A DNA stretch of 64,000 nucleotides from Raillietiella orientalis (taxonomy: Eukaryota). Position numbers and translations under genes: made by a program. The stretch spans positions 248,001 to 312,000 of the forward strand of contig JAYWIR010000045.1 of the NCBI GenBank assembly GCA_036172245.1, in the 5' to 3' direction. The notes under the pieces were generated by a model. It did not search any database, was not told where the DNA came from, and saw only the letters and a list, made by a program, of their open reading frames with translations. Shown piece by piece: positions 1-11,949 of this stretch (within the stretch, counting starts at the first letter, position 1; every line of letters begins with the position of its first letter).

Positions 1-1759
1 TTTTCCTTGCAAAAGCGATGTACAGATTGGTTCCCGACATTAGCTTGTTTTTTGGGGGCGTGTGCTTTCTTTGCTTGTTCAGAGTTCCTGGAACAACGCT
101 GAATCCTCAGCAAGAAAGTGTGCTAGTTGTAGGCTGCATAAGGAACACTGTGCGAAGGAAAGCCGCTCCGTGGCTGGAATAAGGAGCATCTAATCCTCCT
201 TCTTCCTCCTTCTCATGAAACGAAAAGAACCAGTGCATTCTCAGCCTCTGTTGGTTCTCCCTTTCCCATGAATGCTGGCTGAAAAATGCTTTCCCCACTA
301 TGGTGGCGTCATGTCACCCCATTCTTGTCCAGGAAACCCAGATGCCAATAGAGGAAAGGCCCACTTTGGTCGGCGAGTGCGATCCGCTTCGTTTCCCATC
401 CTGTGCTGGGACATCCGGATCCTTTTGAACCCTCGAAGTGCGTCACCTCGGGCGCTCTTCCTGAGATGGTTTTCATCCGACCAGAAACCAATTTTCCGCA
501 CCTTCACGCTATGCTGAATTCATTTCTCGAGAAGGTTTTTCCTTCTCGGTTCAGGAAAGAACTCAAAGAGAGCTAACCCGAGAGTCCGTTTGCCACGTCG
601 ATTGGTCCAGCAACCGGAAAACGGGAAGGATTCTTCCTGAAAAGCAGGAAAATCGACAACTTATCTTCGCCACCTTGCATTGGGGCAAGAAACCACTGGG
701 GCTAATTAAATTGCGAGAGCAAGATTCCCCCATTCCCTGTTGTGGAATGTTGAGCTCCGCCATCTCGTGCCATTTGCACCTTGATTTATGTCCGGCTGCA
801 GTCAGTGTCCAGAAAGGGGGAACTGTTATAACATGTCTTTTTCTTTCCGCTTCACTCCACAGAGTGCTCTGACTGATGCACGCAAATGATCCTTCGGTAT
901 CACATTAATCAGGAACGGGGTGACGCTGGCCACAAACTAGTTTAGGCCCTCGGCAATCGATACACAGTGATACACAGGATTTCCGTGGCGCGTGTTGCTC
1001 CTCTTCCGATTTCCTTTTCGGTACTAGGCTATTCCTCCTGGATGCCATTTTTTTGCCACCGTCAGCTCTGTGTCTTGGGTTTCCCTGCAGAACCGCTAAC
1101 CTCTTGAGATTTTCTCGAATCTTCCGTGAAGTTTCGGCATCGCGCCAGGATGAGTGGAGGGAAGCTTCCGCTCGTCCTTCGTGACCTGGTGGACCGTTAT
1201 GAACGCTGCATCCTCATTCAGCTTAGTGAAGCAGCCAAGATGAATAAGGGTATGAGTGCGCTCGGACGTGCATAGAACTGAGCGAGCACGGGGCAGCCAA
1301 CTGGGGGGCAAAAAAGAGAAAATCCTTTGATGCGCGAGTTCCATTCACTTCCCGCGCCGTTTTCGCTGCTCTCTCAAGCAGACGGTGGCGTACCGTAAAG
1401 AAACCAACCACGGGCTCGGTTTGGTGCTGAGGCACCGATTCTGCAGCTTCCATCTGGACGGAAAATTTTGAAGTTGTGGAGCGGCAAGCGTTCCTTTCGC
1501 AGCTTGGAAACACGGCAGTCGTCTTTCTCCTGCATGCCTCTTTTCAAAGTTCGAAAATCGCGATCCGGTAGAAATCTGCTCATTAAGATGGCGATGTTAT
1601 GGAATTCGGTGGCAGATACTAGTTGTCTGCGGAAAGCTGCTCTCTGCAGATTTATCTTCTATTTATCGAGAGCGTTGCGAAATCTCTGCTCGGAGCCACG
1701 TCTAGGTAATGTGCTTCTCGGGAGTTATGAACCCAAAAGGCAGCTATTTGTTATTTGCT

Positions 1760-3150
1760 AGTAGCGCTGTAGACACTAAAAGTCGGGGACGTGTTGTTGA
1801 CTCACTATTCTTCACGGAGAACGGAGCTTTCTTGGGAATTCATCGTGCTGCACAAAGATATGTGGATATATCCGTTTTAGTGCATCAGTGAAAGCCTGCG
1901 AAGATATCTGAAGCCAGTCTAATAATAGTTCGCTCTAGTTGACAGTGCGCGCTGCGTCCGTGATGAGTGGACACCAGATCGCAAAATCATAGGAGAGACC
2001 CGATGGATTTTGTTCGCGGGAATCCCAGAGACCTCCGGCTGCTTTAATCTTCCAGTGGATCCAGACAGATAAGAAGGAGACTGGCCGCAGATCTGTTTCA
2101 GACTGACTCGTTACTTGCGTAGTTTATGCGACTGGCTCTCTGGTCTTGGAGACATTTGAAAACATTCGGGATTATCTAAGGGGATGCAGTTTTCGATGTT
2201 TCCTCGACCAGACCAGCTTCGTCTTTGCTAAAGGAGGACTGGTGTTCCGGAGTGGCGGCGGTCCTTGCAGAGGCAAGGAGCGAGATTCGTCTCCTCTGTG
2301 CGAATCCTCAACCTCCTGCTTGTCCCAGGTGGCTTTCGTCTGTCAAACAGCGCGCCTTGCTTGAGTACTTTTCCGTCTTCACTGAAGTCACCCTTGTCCG
2401 ACCTCATCGAGACGGGCCGCTCTTAAACGACGCCGCTACCTGACCAGCTCAGTACTCAGCATCCTGGACAGTCTCCATCTTTCAACTGGATTGACGGAAC
2501 GAATCGGGGCAAAGGTTTCCATGCTTTGTATTTCGAAAACACTCTGACCAAGCGTACCTGCACCGGTGGTAGCTGTCGAATCCCAGTGCATGGATGCAAA
2601 GAATGATCAAAATCCTTTCGGGTTCTTTTGTTTTCGCTGCTTTTCCTTCCAGCGTTTTTTTTTTTTCCTCGAAAACAAAGGATCTGCTCCCTGTTTATGC
2701 TCCGAAAGAACGCCTCCCAATTTCTCTGAAGGGCGCACCCCAAAGGGAGCAGTGCGTTTCTTTTCACACTAGAGAGGTAGGTATGCGCCCATTTCTCTGG
2801 CTTCGATAATCCACGTGGGGATTCGAACCCGCAACGTTTGGCACCACGCGCGGAGAGGGTAGCCAACGCGGGTCAATGCGTCTCGTTCGAGCTCATACCA
2901 GCTGCTTGGTGCGTAACCAAGGCTTGCTCTTGAGTAAGCGCATCCGAACTGACGCTGGGTGGCAGTTTCTTTCGGATTCAAAGCGGAGCCTGCGTCCACG
3001 ATGGTGGCGTATGCGTCCTGCATCGCACTGTGGCAACGTTGCGACATAATGCAAGCGGGATGAGGGTAACGGCTTCGATCCGCTCTCACCCGACCTCCTG
3101 TTGGCGCATGCGAGAGGATGCTTCTACGATCTCCGTGGAAGAAGGCATCT
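1760..3150 (+). mobile_element. Degenerate KDZ (Kyakuja-Dileera-Zisupton)-like transposase relic, interrupted by a SINE at ~2600-2872
   Basis: Frameshifted peptide RWWRMRPASHCG...DEGNG (~3000-3070) resembles the MHAxAH-x3-C...GxG motif. An exon-like end AAQRY|gtg is shared with the relic at 11950-13035. Confidence 0.35.
2600..2872 (-). mobile_element. Internally deleted copy of the tRNA-headed SINE family
   Basis: B-box GGGTTCGAATCCCC on the minus strand (~2818-2831), plus the family tail ttttcgctgcttttccttccagc near 2632. Confidence 0.7.
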
Positions 3151-3566
3151 CTTCCCTTCCCGCTGAAATTTGCTCGAGACTGTGCGTTTGGTAGCACCTC
3201 CAGACTGTTCCAGCGAGGAGCTACAAGGAAGGCGCTAGGGCGAAGCGACGTGGAGTGAAAGGAGGCTGAATAAATCTCGCCCCATTCTTCGAGGGAAGGA
3301 AGCCGCGAACTTGTTCCCAAGCTTCAAGTGAGGGCTGCACTCCTACTCGCCCTTCCGTTCCTTTTCCCTCCACCGTGCGTCAATATACCTCCCTTATTCA
3401 GGAGCAACGGGATGATCACCTTTTTCCCTTTTTCCTTAGAGTCCAAGAGAAGAATTGGGAATCTGTTGCGAAGGATGCTCGTTTGAAAATCAAAGAGAAT
3501 CCTCTCGTTTCAAAATCTGACGGGTAACCATGATGGAATTTGGTCTCAACGGTGTGTCTATTTCAG

Positions 3567-3652
3567 CGGAAACCTACCTGGAAAGAATATACTTGTGTCT
3601 TTGCTTGCTCGGGATATTTTCTTCCTCCGCCCTGATCGTGGGAACAAAACTG
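3567..3652 (+). CDS. Internal exon of a DUF4728/LAPTM-like multi-pass membrane protein gene (xETYLERIYLCLCLLGIFSSSALIVGTKL)
   Basis: Acceptor tatttcag at 3559-3566 and donor gtaaaa at 3653. Encodes a hydrophobic helix ending LIVGTK and joins the next exon in phase 0. Confidence 0.75.
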
Positions 3653-3882
3653 GTAAAAATTTTAACATGTTTCTTGCTTGTTTGCTTTGAGCGAATGCAG
3701 AAAGAAAGAACAATGAGAAACTAATGAAAAGAGGTGTTACCAAGATGAGCATCTCTTTCTGATCTCGAGAAATGAATTCCTCATCATGATGAATCAGTAC
3801 GCAACAATGACTTGTCATTTTTGTTTGAGAAGCCTTTCTCGGTCCAGGGGGAAACTAACCCCGAAACTTCGTTTGATTCCAG

Positions 3883-3978
3883 AATAAGAGGCTGCTTTTG
3901 TTGCCATGGATCACCAAGATGCCGGCTGTAATCATCGGAGAGCTCGTATTCGTAGTGCTTCTTATAATGGGCTTATCG
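3883..3978 (+). CDS. Exon of the same membrane protein gene (NKRLLLLPWITKMPAVIIGELVFVVLLIMGLS)
   Basis: Branch-like actaac near 3854, acceptor ttccag at 3877-3882, donor gtaagg at 3979. LLLPW following G-x-K is typical of DUF4728-type proteins. Phase 0 at both ends. Confidence 0.8.
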
Positions 3979-5749
3979 GTAAGGCAATCTGGCAGCTTCC
4001 GACGAGAACCACTCGAGGCTCTGCCACCCCACGTCAGAAAGTGGCTCCATGGATTCAGGGGTTCCCTGGATCTCTCATCTCTGCGTAATCATCCCATCGT
4101 GTTTCTCCCATCCTGCATACCACCCGCACGATCCATCCTTCTGGGTGGGTACGCGACCGAAGAGGATGTGCGCGTTCTTCAAATGCTTGAGATGCAGGCA
4201 CCGAGCGATGGGTGCTATGCGCGCATGCGTGAGCTCGAGGATTTCTTAAGAAACAGTGTGGAGTTCGTCGTCGACTTCGAATGCATTCCCGGATCTCTCC
4301 AAGGCTGGCCAGTTCGTGTGGGTAGCCCCTGGAAAGAGGAGTAGATCTGAGATACCGTGGTGTGGCTGTTGGCCATTTTTCAAACCGCTCGCAAAGAATC
4401 TCGGAAAGTTTCCCCTGTGAGATCCCTGAAGTCCCGTGACGTGAGGCGAAGAGTGCGGGAGAAGGATCAAAAAAACAAAGCTCGAACAAGTAGCGAGAAG
4501 GCATCCCCCAGCTTTTTTCGATAATTTCTGAAGGAAACAGAGTGGTCCCGTGCAAACATCGGATGTGTACCTGGCCAAGGAAACTTAGCCAGAGGAAACT
4601 TAGTGGGAGCTCAGGAGTAGCCGCGACGTGGTCTTCAGGTCACAACCGCTCGCAAGAGTTGGGAGCAGGAGCAAAAGAAAAGTCGAGACCTCTGTTCACT
4701 GTGGCTTCCTGCGAAGTCTACGTCAGGATACATGGAGCTCAACGAAGAGGGGGGAATCCGACGCCTCTGGGACGAGATGACCTCGAGCGCATCCTCGAAC
4801 TCGAGGTGGACGAAAAATCCGTCGTGCTCCCACGTCGAAGCATCCAACTCGTCAGGATTGCGATCCATTTGGACAGAAAAACAGAACCAGAGCTGAAGGA
4901 TGAGCCGAGGATTGGATCCCGTAGAAGGTGCTGGTTGCTAAGGGATCAGGGTCGACGACGACCACAGAGACCCGCCGAGGAGAGCTCAACGATTCCTCTC
5001 TCGAAGTTGGCCGGCTCTAAGAGTGGATGACCCCCAGGTGCGCGAAGCCTGCACCCAACCTGCAGAGCAGATCCGTCCCTGCCTTCATGCCTGGGCTGAG
5101 GGGTTTTCTGGTTATCGGCGAGTAAGGTGGCGGCGACGGCGCGCTCGCCCCAGAGTGAGGGCCTGAGCGCATCTGAGGCCGTCGCTGGCTCACCACACCT
5201 CTCAGGTAGAAGCAAACACTCCGACGAGATCGTAGAGGTCTGGTGATTGTGATGAAGGGTGCATTAGAATCAAGAACTCTGCATCCATTCGTCGTTTCCT
5301 AAAGAGCTGTTGAGATCAAAATGCACGTGAAGGTGGGATAAGGCGCCTCTGTCTTCCATGTAGCGTCGCCTTACTGTGGACAGCAGGGAGGAGATATTTC
5401 GCAGGCGGTTTAAAACCAGACATTCTTTGAGGCTCTCTGATTCTGAGATCTCGAGAGGGAATCGTTTTTGGAATTGCTGCAAAGGCACCAGAAACCAGGT
5501 GAACACTGGAAATCTCTCCGGCGAAATTCAGATCCGAGACGAATGGCGCAACGTGGAAACTAGAAAGTGGTGGCTTAAACAAGGGACAAGGGTAGTCGAG
5601 AAGAAAATTCGCTTCTTCTGGTGGAGGTCATTCGGTTGCCTCCATGGACCCTGAAGAGCCATGCTGAAGGGATTTGTGGATTCTGCAACTGCGCCAAGGA
5701 ACAGTTGAGCGAACGCATCCACCGATCTTGGATGTGAAAAGAGGCGGAA

Positions 5750-6650
5750 AGAGGGACGATGAAAGTATGACCTGCAAAAAGCAGGAAGCGATGTTTTGTT
5801 CGATCTGGTAAAGAATGGTGGTGAGCTCTCTTGGGGCCAACGACCTGCTGCTTCCTCCACGATGCAACAGAATGAAAGCGAAAGAGCGAATAGGAAACAC
5901 ATCATGGCGTAAAGGAGAGCCCCAGTTTCGGAGCTGGGATGCACTCCCAGTTCCTAAATCGGAGTGCATCCTTACTTCCGTTCTTGTACTCACCTGATTG
6001 CCCAGGAAACAAACTTCCTTCACTGGGAAGGTGGGTAAGTGAAACCCTCGCGGCGAATGCACAGGCACGTGCGGAGTCTGATGAAAACACACGGTCGTAT
6101 GGCAGGAACCTCCTCATGGAGAGACTCAGGGAAGAGCAGCCTTTTGAATCACACAGAACAACGCAAGGAAAATGCAGATCTCGTTACCAAACTACGGAAA
6201 TCACTCTCGAACAACCCGAACCAGCGCTAAGGCAAGAAGGTCGCTTAGAAACCCACAAGGAGCTAGCTCTCCGGGAACACGTTCCACTTCCAAGAAGCAA
6301 ACGGTAGTGAGACTACGTCCTGGAGGGACGTAGATTTTTCTGCCATAGCTGGCCGGTTCTTCCTGCTCTGCGCCATTCGCTAAAACAGCTGATTCTCCAC
6401 GAAGTCTAACGGACAGCCTCTGGAATTCGTCTCGTCCGTCTTCCTTCCCCCTAGGCTTCTGCTTGTTACACGGAGAAAGAAGGAAGGCTTCTTCCGCGGT
6501 CGACAGACTCGTGAAGAGGATTGCCGTCCAGTGCGGAAAGGAATGTCGTTGCACCAGCGTCGATCCCTCTGGATGCAACAGTAGTTGGTTCCCATACTTT
6601 CCCTTTTTGGCCGAAATTTCAGAAGGATCATTCATTGATGGATAGTAGGC
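5750..6650 (+). pseudogene. Degenerate D5-like SF3 helicase (primase-helicase) of DNA-virus or Polinton-like origin, inside an intron
   Basis: Motifs occur in the expected order across frameshifts: VLFDL...NDLLL (D5_N-like, ~5790-5855), Walker A-like WRDSGKSSLLN (6117-6149), GKKVA (~6230), EGFFRGR (~6485) and VDP...YFPF (~6560-6605). Confidence 0.45.
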
Positions 6651-7589
6651 ACGTTCCCTCGGGTAAGACACGGAAAAGCAGGAGCGGAGTGCATCGAACC
6701 GTAGAGTCTCATTCCGTTTCCTGAAAAGGAATTGTCCTTCTGTTCCCGTAAATCGATGCGCTGATGGATGAAAGATCAAGAAATCTACTATGCGGGAGCG
6801 TGATTTGAATGAGGAACCACCAAGTCGGATGCTGCCGAAACTCAGACACTGAAACCAATCGGCCATCCTTCAGTTGACTCCTGAAGGATGATCGGTCCGC
6901 TTTTTCATTTCCTACTTTGCCTTCGACAGCGAAATTCCAGTGGCCAGAGAGGAGACGTGCGAGTTCGGCGTGACATCGAGGACTTGTGGGGATGGGGTGT
7001 TCCAGGTGCTCTTCAGTGTGTCCCTCCCATTGGATCTCGTGTTTCGAAAAGAGGACGATCAGGTGCTTCAGCTGGGAGAGTGGAAGGAGCGGTCCTTGAC
7101 CTTGATTCTCGGCGGGTTCGGACCTGACTTCCGGAAGGGAAGGGGAAAATCTAAAATTGACCTGGGAAGGAACCGAGATGAAAGGGAAGAAGCTCTGCGC
7201 GCAGCCCTCGGAGAATTCGATGGCATTTCCATCAACCCCTGATATCGTTCGAATCATCGAATTCTTGAATTCTCCTGTCCTTTTTTCCCCCTTTTTCTAC
7301 GTGTTGGAAAGAAAAAAAAAAAAACGCCGCAGAAGCTTGACCTCACGAGGATGCAGATACACTTGCTCTCTCCGTAACCCATGACCCGAGGTGAAGTCGA
7401 CAAGCGCGAGGCCTTCGAGAAAACCGATCGGCGGTCCCCCGCGGCATTCTTTCGGACCGCCTGCCTGCTTTCTTCACGTCGGTGGCTTCCGGGATCCCGC
7501 GACCGCCTTCGCCGCAACTCGCCCTTCGGGGTCGGTGACTTCCCAGCAAGAGTCAAGACGTGGCAGCAACTCGCGATTCGCCCACTTCT

Positions 7590-8365
7590 TGCACTTCCCT
7601 TCCAGCTTTTCTTCCTTCCCAGCAATTCTCTTTTTCTTTTTTTCAATTTTTTTTTTTTTTGGTTCTCAAAGAGTGCTGAAGAACCGTTCGCCTCCTCATG
7701 GGTCGGAGATCACGAAGTTCTTTGACACCGTCCACATCATCCAAGGGTGCGTGTAACTCTTCGAGTTGTAGTGAGTGGCCCCGGAGGGACCAAACTATGA
7801 ATCCAGGAAGACTATGGAAAAAGGAGGGACCCTAAGGGAACCTCTTCCCTATTTCTCCAGAGGGACCCACCGGAAAGGATCTTCTCGTTTTTTCTCCGAA
7901 GGGATTTTCTCCCGGAATTTTTTTTCTGGAGGGGAACCTCAAGGGAACCGTTCCTCGTTTCCACCTCTGAAGAGCACCCACGGAGGAAGGCCCCCAACTT
8001 TCTCTGAAGGGCACTCCTCGAAGGAAGCAGCGCACTTCTTGCACTCTAGGGAGGCAGCAACCCCGTAGGGGGGCAAGAGGCTCCATTTACACATCCGGAG
8101 GGGAATCTCGAAGGGAACCGTCTCTTTTGTACCTGGAAGGACCCGGAAGGTCGATATTCAATCCCAGTAGCTCAACGAGTGCAAGAAAGGTTTTCGATTT
8201 CCACCAGTGCCATACCCCAAGCCCATAGGCAAACCATTCTGTGGCGCGGGGGCAGGGGGGCTCTTGCAACCCACGACGCAGCCTTCGTTCTCGGCGTGAT
8301 CTTTTGCGTGGAGATGAGAACCCCCCAACGTTTGGCCTTTAGAGCGGGCAGGGGCACCGGGACGA
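7590..8365 (-). mobile_element. Diverged full-length copy of the tRNA-headed SINE
   Basis: Colinear with the other copies (ggttctcaaagagtgctgaagaaccgttcgcctcc ... ccggagggacc ... tttccaccagtgccataccccaagcc). The head is degraded. Confidence 0.75.
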
Positions 8366-8369
8366 GGGG

Positions 8370-8780
8370 CTGCTAGAGCTTGCATTGCAGGGTCCCGCTT
8401 AGCTTCGGAAGGAAACGGTTCCCGGGAGCTCGGTGTGCCCCATCATACCATAAGTGGGCGGGGTTGCCATTGCCAGTTGTGACTCCACCTTTTGATGGTC
8501 CGGATACTTGGGGGTGACTTGCGTACGTTCCCCGTCGACGCGGGAAGAGGAGGGGCACGCCTGTGAGACCTCTTCCTTGCGAGCGCCACAACGGTGATCG
8601 CGGCGCGCATGTCTCCCGGTGCAGGTGGGGAGAAGATCAAGCTTCCCCCTGCAAGTGGCTCCTTCCTCCTCCTCCAGAGTCCTTCCCGCATCCTTCGCTT
8701 TCGCATTCCAGAGGAATTGCGCGCGCCTTCGGCGGCGGCGAAAGGAAGTAACTGCCGCCGCCGTCCCTGGTGCACGACCT
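8370..8780 (-). mobile_element. Possible non-LTR retrotransposon ORF1 (RRM-like) relic
   Basis: Peptides EVVHQG..LLPFAAAEGA, ITVVALA..STGNV and GGVTTGN..PAHLWYDG resemble the RRM and TG-R..WYxG region of LINE ORF1. Frameshifted. Confidence 0.35.
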
Positions 8781-8809
8781 CGACTAACCTGCCCTTCCTC
8801 TCATTTCAG

Positions 8810-8875
8810 GACATGAACTACAACCCGTTCGTCACGGTGATGGTCGTGTTCGAGCTTTTCTTCATCTGCCTAAAT
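8810..8875 (+). CDS. Exon of the same membrane protein gene (DMNYNPFVTVMVVFELFFICLN)
   Basis: Branch ctaac near 8784, pyrimidine tract and tttcag acceptor, donor gtgagt at 8876. 66 nt, phase 0/0, encodes a hydrophobic helix. Confidence 0.8.
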
Positions 8876-10019
8876 GTGAGTATAGTGCCAGTTCCGTCTT
8901 TGCTCTTCTTCGTCGGCCTCTCCCTGCGCCCTGGACTGTCCTTTGCTCCTCTGTACTCCCGGAGACGGGAAATTCGCGCTCAGTTCCTCTCTTGGAGGTC
9001 CACTCTCCCTTCCATGCTCCTTTCCCATAGCGGAAAGCTCATAGACGGAGGGTGGAAAGGGCTGTGCCCGACTGCCTGCCGTGCGAATCCACCAGCCAGC
9101 GCCCTGACGAGGACGACCACGCGCTTTCTCTAAGATATCCGTGAGGATTCTTTACAGGGGGGGAAGGAGGAAGATTTTGGAAGCGCGTGTGTCCGATTCA
9201 TAGGGATCTGGAACATATTCGGCTTCCTTCCTGGGCCTGACCCCCTTGCGAAAGGACGTCGCCTTTGACGTCGACTCCTCCCGGCTTCCTCAGGCAGTCT
9301 CGGCCACGGTCGCGTGGTTCCTCCTCAAAGATTCTACCGTTTTCCGGTGCAGGGCTCAGCTCTTTTTCCGTGATTCGCTCGAGTGCGAGACTGTTGGGAG
9401 TGGAGGGCGCACGGGGTAGGCGAGTCCGGACGTCCAGCAACAGTCGAGTTCCTCTACTTGCCGTCGAGCTCGATCCCAGCCATCCAGAGGTCATCTCCTG
9501 CCCTAGAAGAGCCTTTTTCGGCTCCGACGACTTCCCACCCATCTTTCCGCCTGCGCCTCTTGAACATCCTTCGGTGCCCTCCACTCAGAAACGTGTCCTG
9601 TCCTTCGTGACGTCACTTTTTTCGTATCCAAGATGCCCGAGGTTGCCTTGAGGAGTCCCGCGGCGGACGCCGGGTTTTTGCGGGCGCGAGCGCCGGGAGC
9701 GGACTCAACGACGAGGTCGCTGGAGTGGATCGTCCGCTCCCGAACTCGATCTCCGCTTTCTCTCCGCGCTCGCGGTCTCGGTGGATGATGCATAGGAGAG
9801 ACGCGGAGACCGCTCTGTGGAGACTGATGGCGGACTCCGCTCACGACGAATCTTAAGGCCAAATTTCGAATTTCATCTTCCCCTTGCCTGCAATTTCTTC
9901 CCCACTCTTAGCCGCTACTGGTGTAAACCCTGCTTCTCGCTCCCGGAGAGCGTGCGGACAGGTTGTCCTTTGGAGTCGCTTTTCCGATCTCAGTGTCATT
10001 ACGGCACCCATTCCCGCTT

Positions 10020-10682
10020 GCCAAGTGCTCAAGAACCGTTCTCCTGGAGGCTCACGAAACTCTTTGATGCTGTTCGCGCCTTCTGAAGATGCGTTCAAGT
10101 TATAGGAGTATCGTGGAAGGGGAATACCCTCTGATTCCAGAAAAACTCCGGAGGAAGGAGTTCTTTCCTCTTGCGCTTGAGAGGAAACATCGAAGGGAAC
10201 CTACTACTCTGATTGCCTTCGGAGGGACCCCCCCAAAAGGATACGCTCCGTGTCTCCTCCTCTGGACAGAACCCCGAAGGGACGATTCTGAATTTCCCTG
10301 AAGGGTCGCCCCCTGAAGGGAGCAACACACTTCTTGGCACTCTGGAGAGGTATCGATCCATTAGTTCCATGGTACGGGATGGAAGATCCCCTTCCGAGGG
10401 AGGAGACAGCGTATCTATTTGCACAACCGGAACCCCGAAGCACTTCGTGATTCCTGGAAAAATTTCGGAGGGTCGACTTCCGATCCCAGCCAATCGACGG
10501 GGACATCCAACTTCATCCGAAGCTCGTGGGGCCAAACAGCGTTATCTTGCGAGGAGGAACTCGAAACCTACCACAGGACCTCATTTGTCTGGCTCGATAC
10601 TCCTCGTGGGGATTCGAACCCGCAGCACTTGGTGCCACGCGCGGAGACCCGTAGCCTCACTAAGTACTCTGCGACCGTAGCG
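10020..10682 (-). mobile_element. tRNA-headed SINE copy
   Basis: B-box on the minus strand near 10608-10621 (+ strand ggggattcgaaccc). Body colinear with the other copies. Confidence 0.8.
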
Positions 10683-11949
10683 CTAAAACGGGTGATCGAC
10701 AAATTCGAACAGGCGCCGTGTACCCGGGACGTCGGAAATTCGGTTTCCTTTGGTGAAAACTGATGCTGATGTGCGGTCCACACAGGATCTGTAGCTTCAT
10801 CTTCCGTTACTGATTTGGAATGGAAAACCTTTGCAGCCTTTCGTGGAGTGCCGCGCGAATCACTTGTCTGAGCGAGTACTAGGGGAGCACGCAGGCACCG
10901 ATCTAGTCGGGCTCCGTTGGGACAGGAACCACGTGCTCCAGAGGGAGCGAGGCATTTGGATTTCGTAAAGAGATGAGGCAGCCGCTGCTTTCTTTGACGA
11001 CGACGAGATCTCGGTCAGGACACCACCGAATCTGCTCGCAGCTTCGGCACAACGTCCAGACAGTTGTCGGTGAGTCTTCCTTCTCGGGAGGGCATCGAGT
11101 ACCCTCTCACGAGAGAGAAGTCTGAAGTCATGCGGGGAAGGTGGTCAATGAAGAACAGGCACGCACGCTCACGAAGAGGAAAACAGGGGATCTCTGCAGA
11201 GAGCACCCCCCGAGTGTTTGCTGCGTTCTGGCGCTGCAGTTGTCCTCCGGTGACTCAGTGGCTCTTTTCACTCCTTGCTTTCGCTTCCAATGTCGAACGG
11301 TTTTCAGGATGCATGCATCGATAGGGATACTAGGAGCGGCCGAACTCCTGCAGAAAGCATCGGTTAAAAAAAAAGAAGATTCCCAGGGAAGAGCCAGTCA
11401 TCCGAGGACAGAAGAAAAAAAAAATGCATGTTATCTTCTCTGCAAAATGCCCGAATCCGTGATGCGAAAGTTCTTCCTCGGCTTTTCGATGACGAAAGGC
11501 CCAGTGCTTCAGATCGGAAGTGATCGGCTGAGAAATTTTATTCAGTCTTTGTCGCAAGCTGCCTTTAGTTTCCTTTTGCTCCAAGGAGGGATGGGAAGGA
11601 AACGTGGGAAAAGCTCCGAGATTCCCCCCCAAAAACGGAGGTATTTCACGATAAGTGGCCAAGAAACGTGTGATGGTCATTAAAGAAGTGGGATAGTTGG
11701 GGAAATGCTTCCGTAAGCTTCTTTGTACCAGTGCATTAGAGGTCGTTCCGGAGGCGACAGAAAGCCATTTGCTGTGTTTCTTAATTTCGTGGGGCATCTC
11801 CGACATTTATCTGCGATCATGGGACACATAGAACACCACAGCAACCTCAAGTTTTCGTCACGGCTGCCATTCTTAGCATGGGATCTAACAACTTTCCACC
11901 TAATGAGTTTCCTTGGAAGAAAGCCAGAATTATGACCAGATGGAGATGA

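Noticed and set aside
3440..3523. Extra upstream exon of the membrane protein gene
   Set aside because: The only open frame ends in phase 2 while exon 3567 needs phase 1, and the implied intron is only 43 nt.
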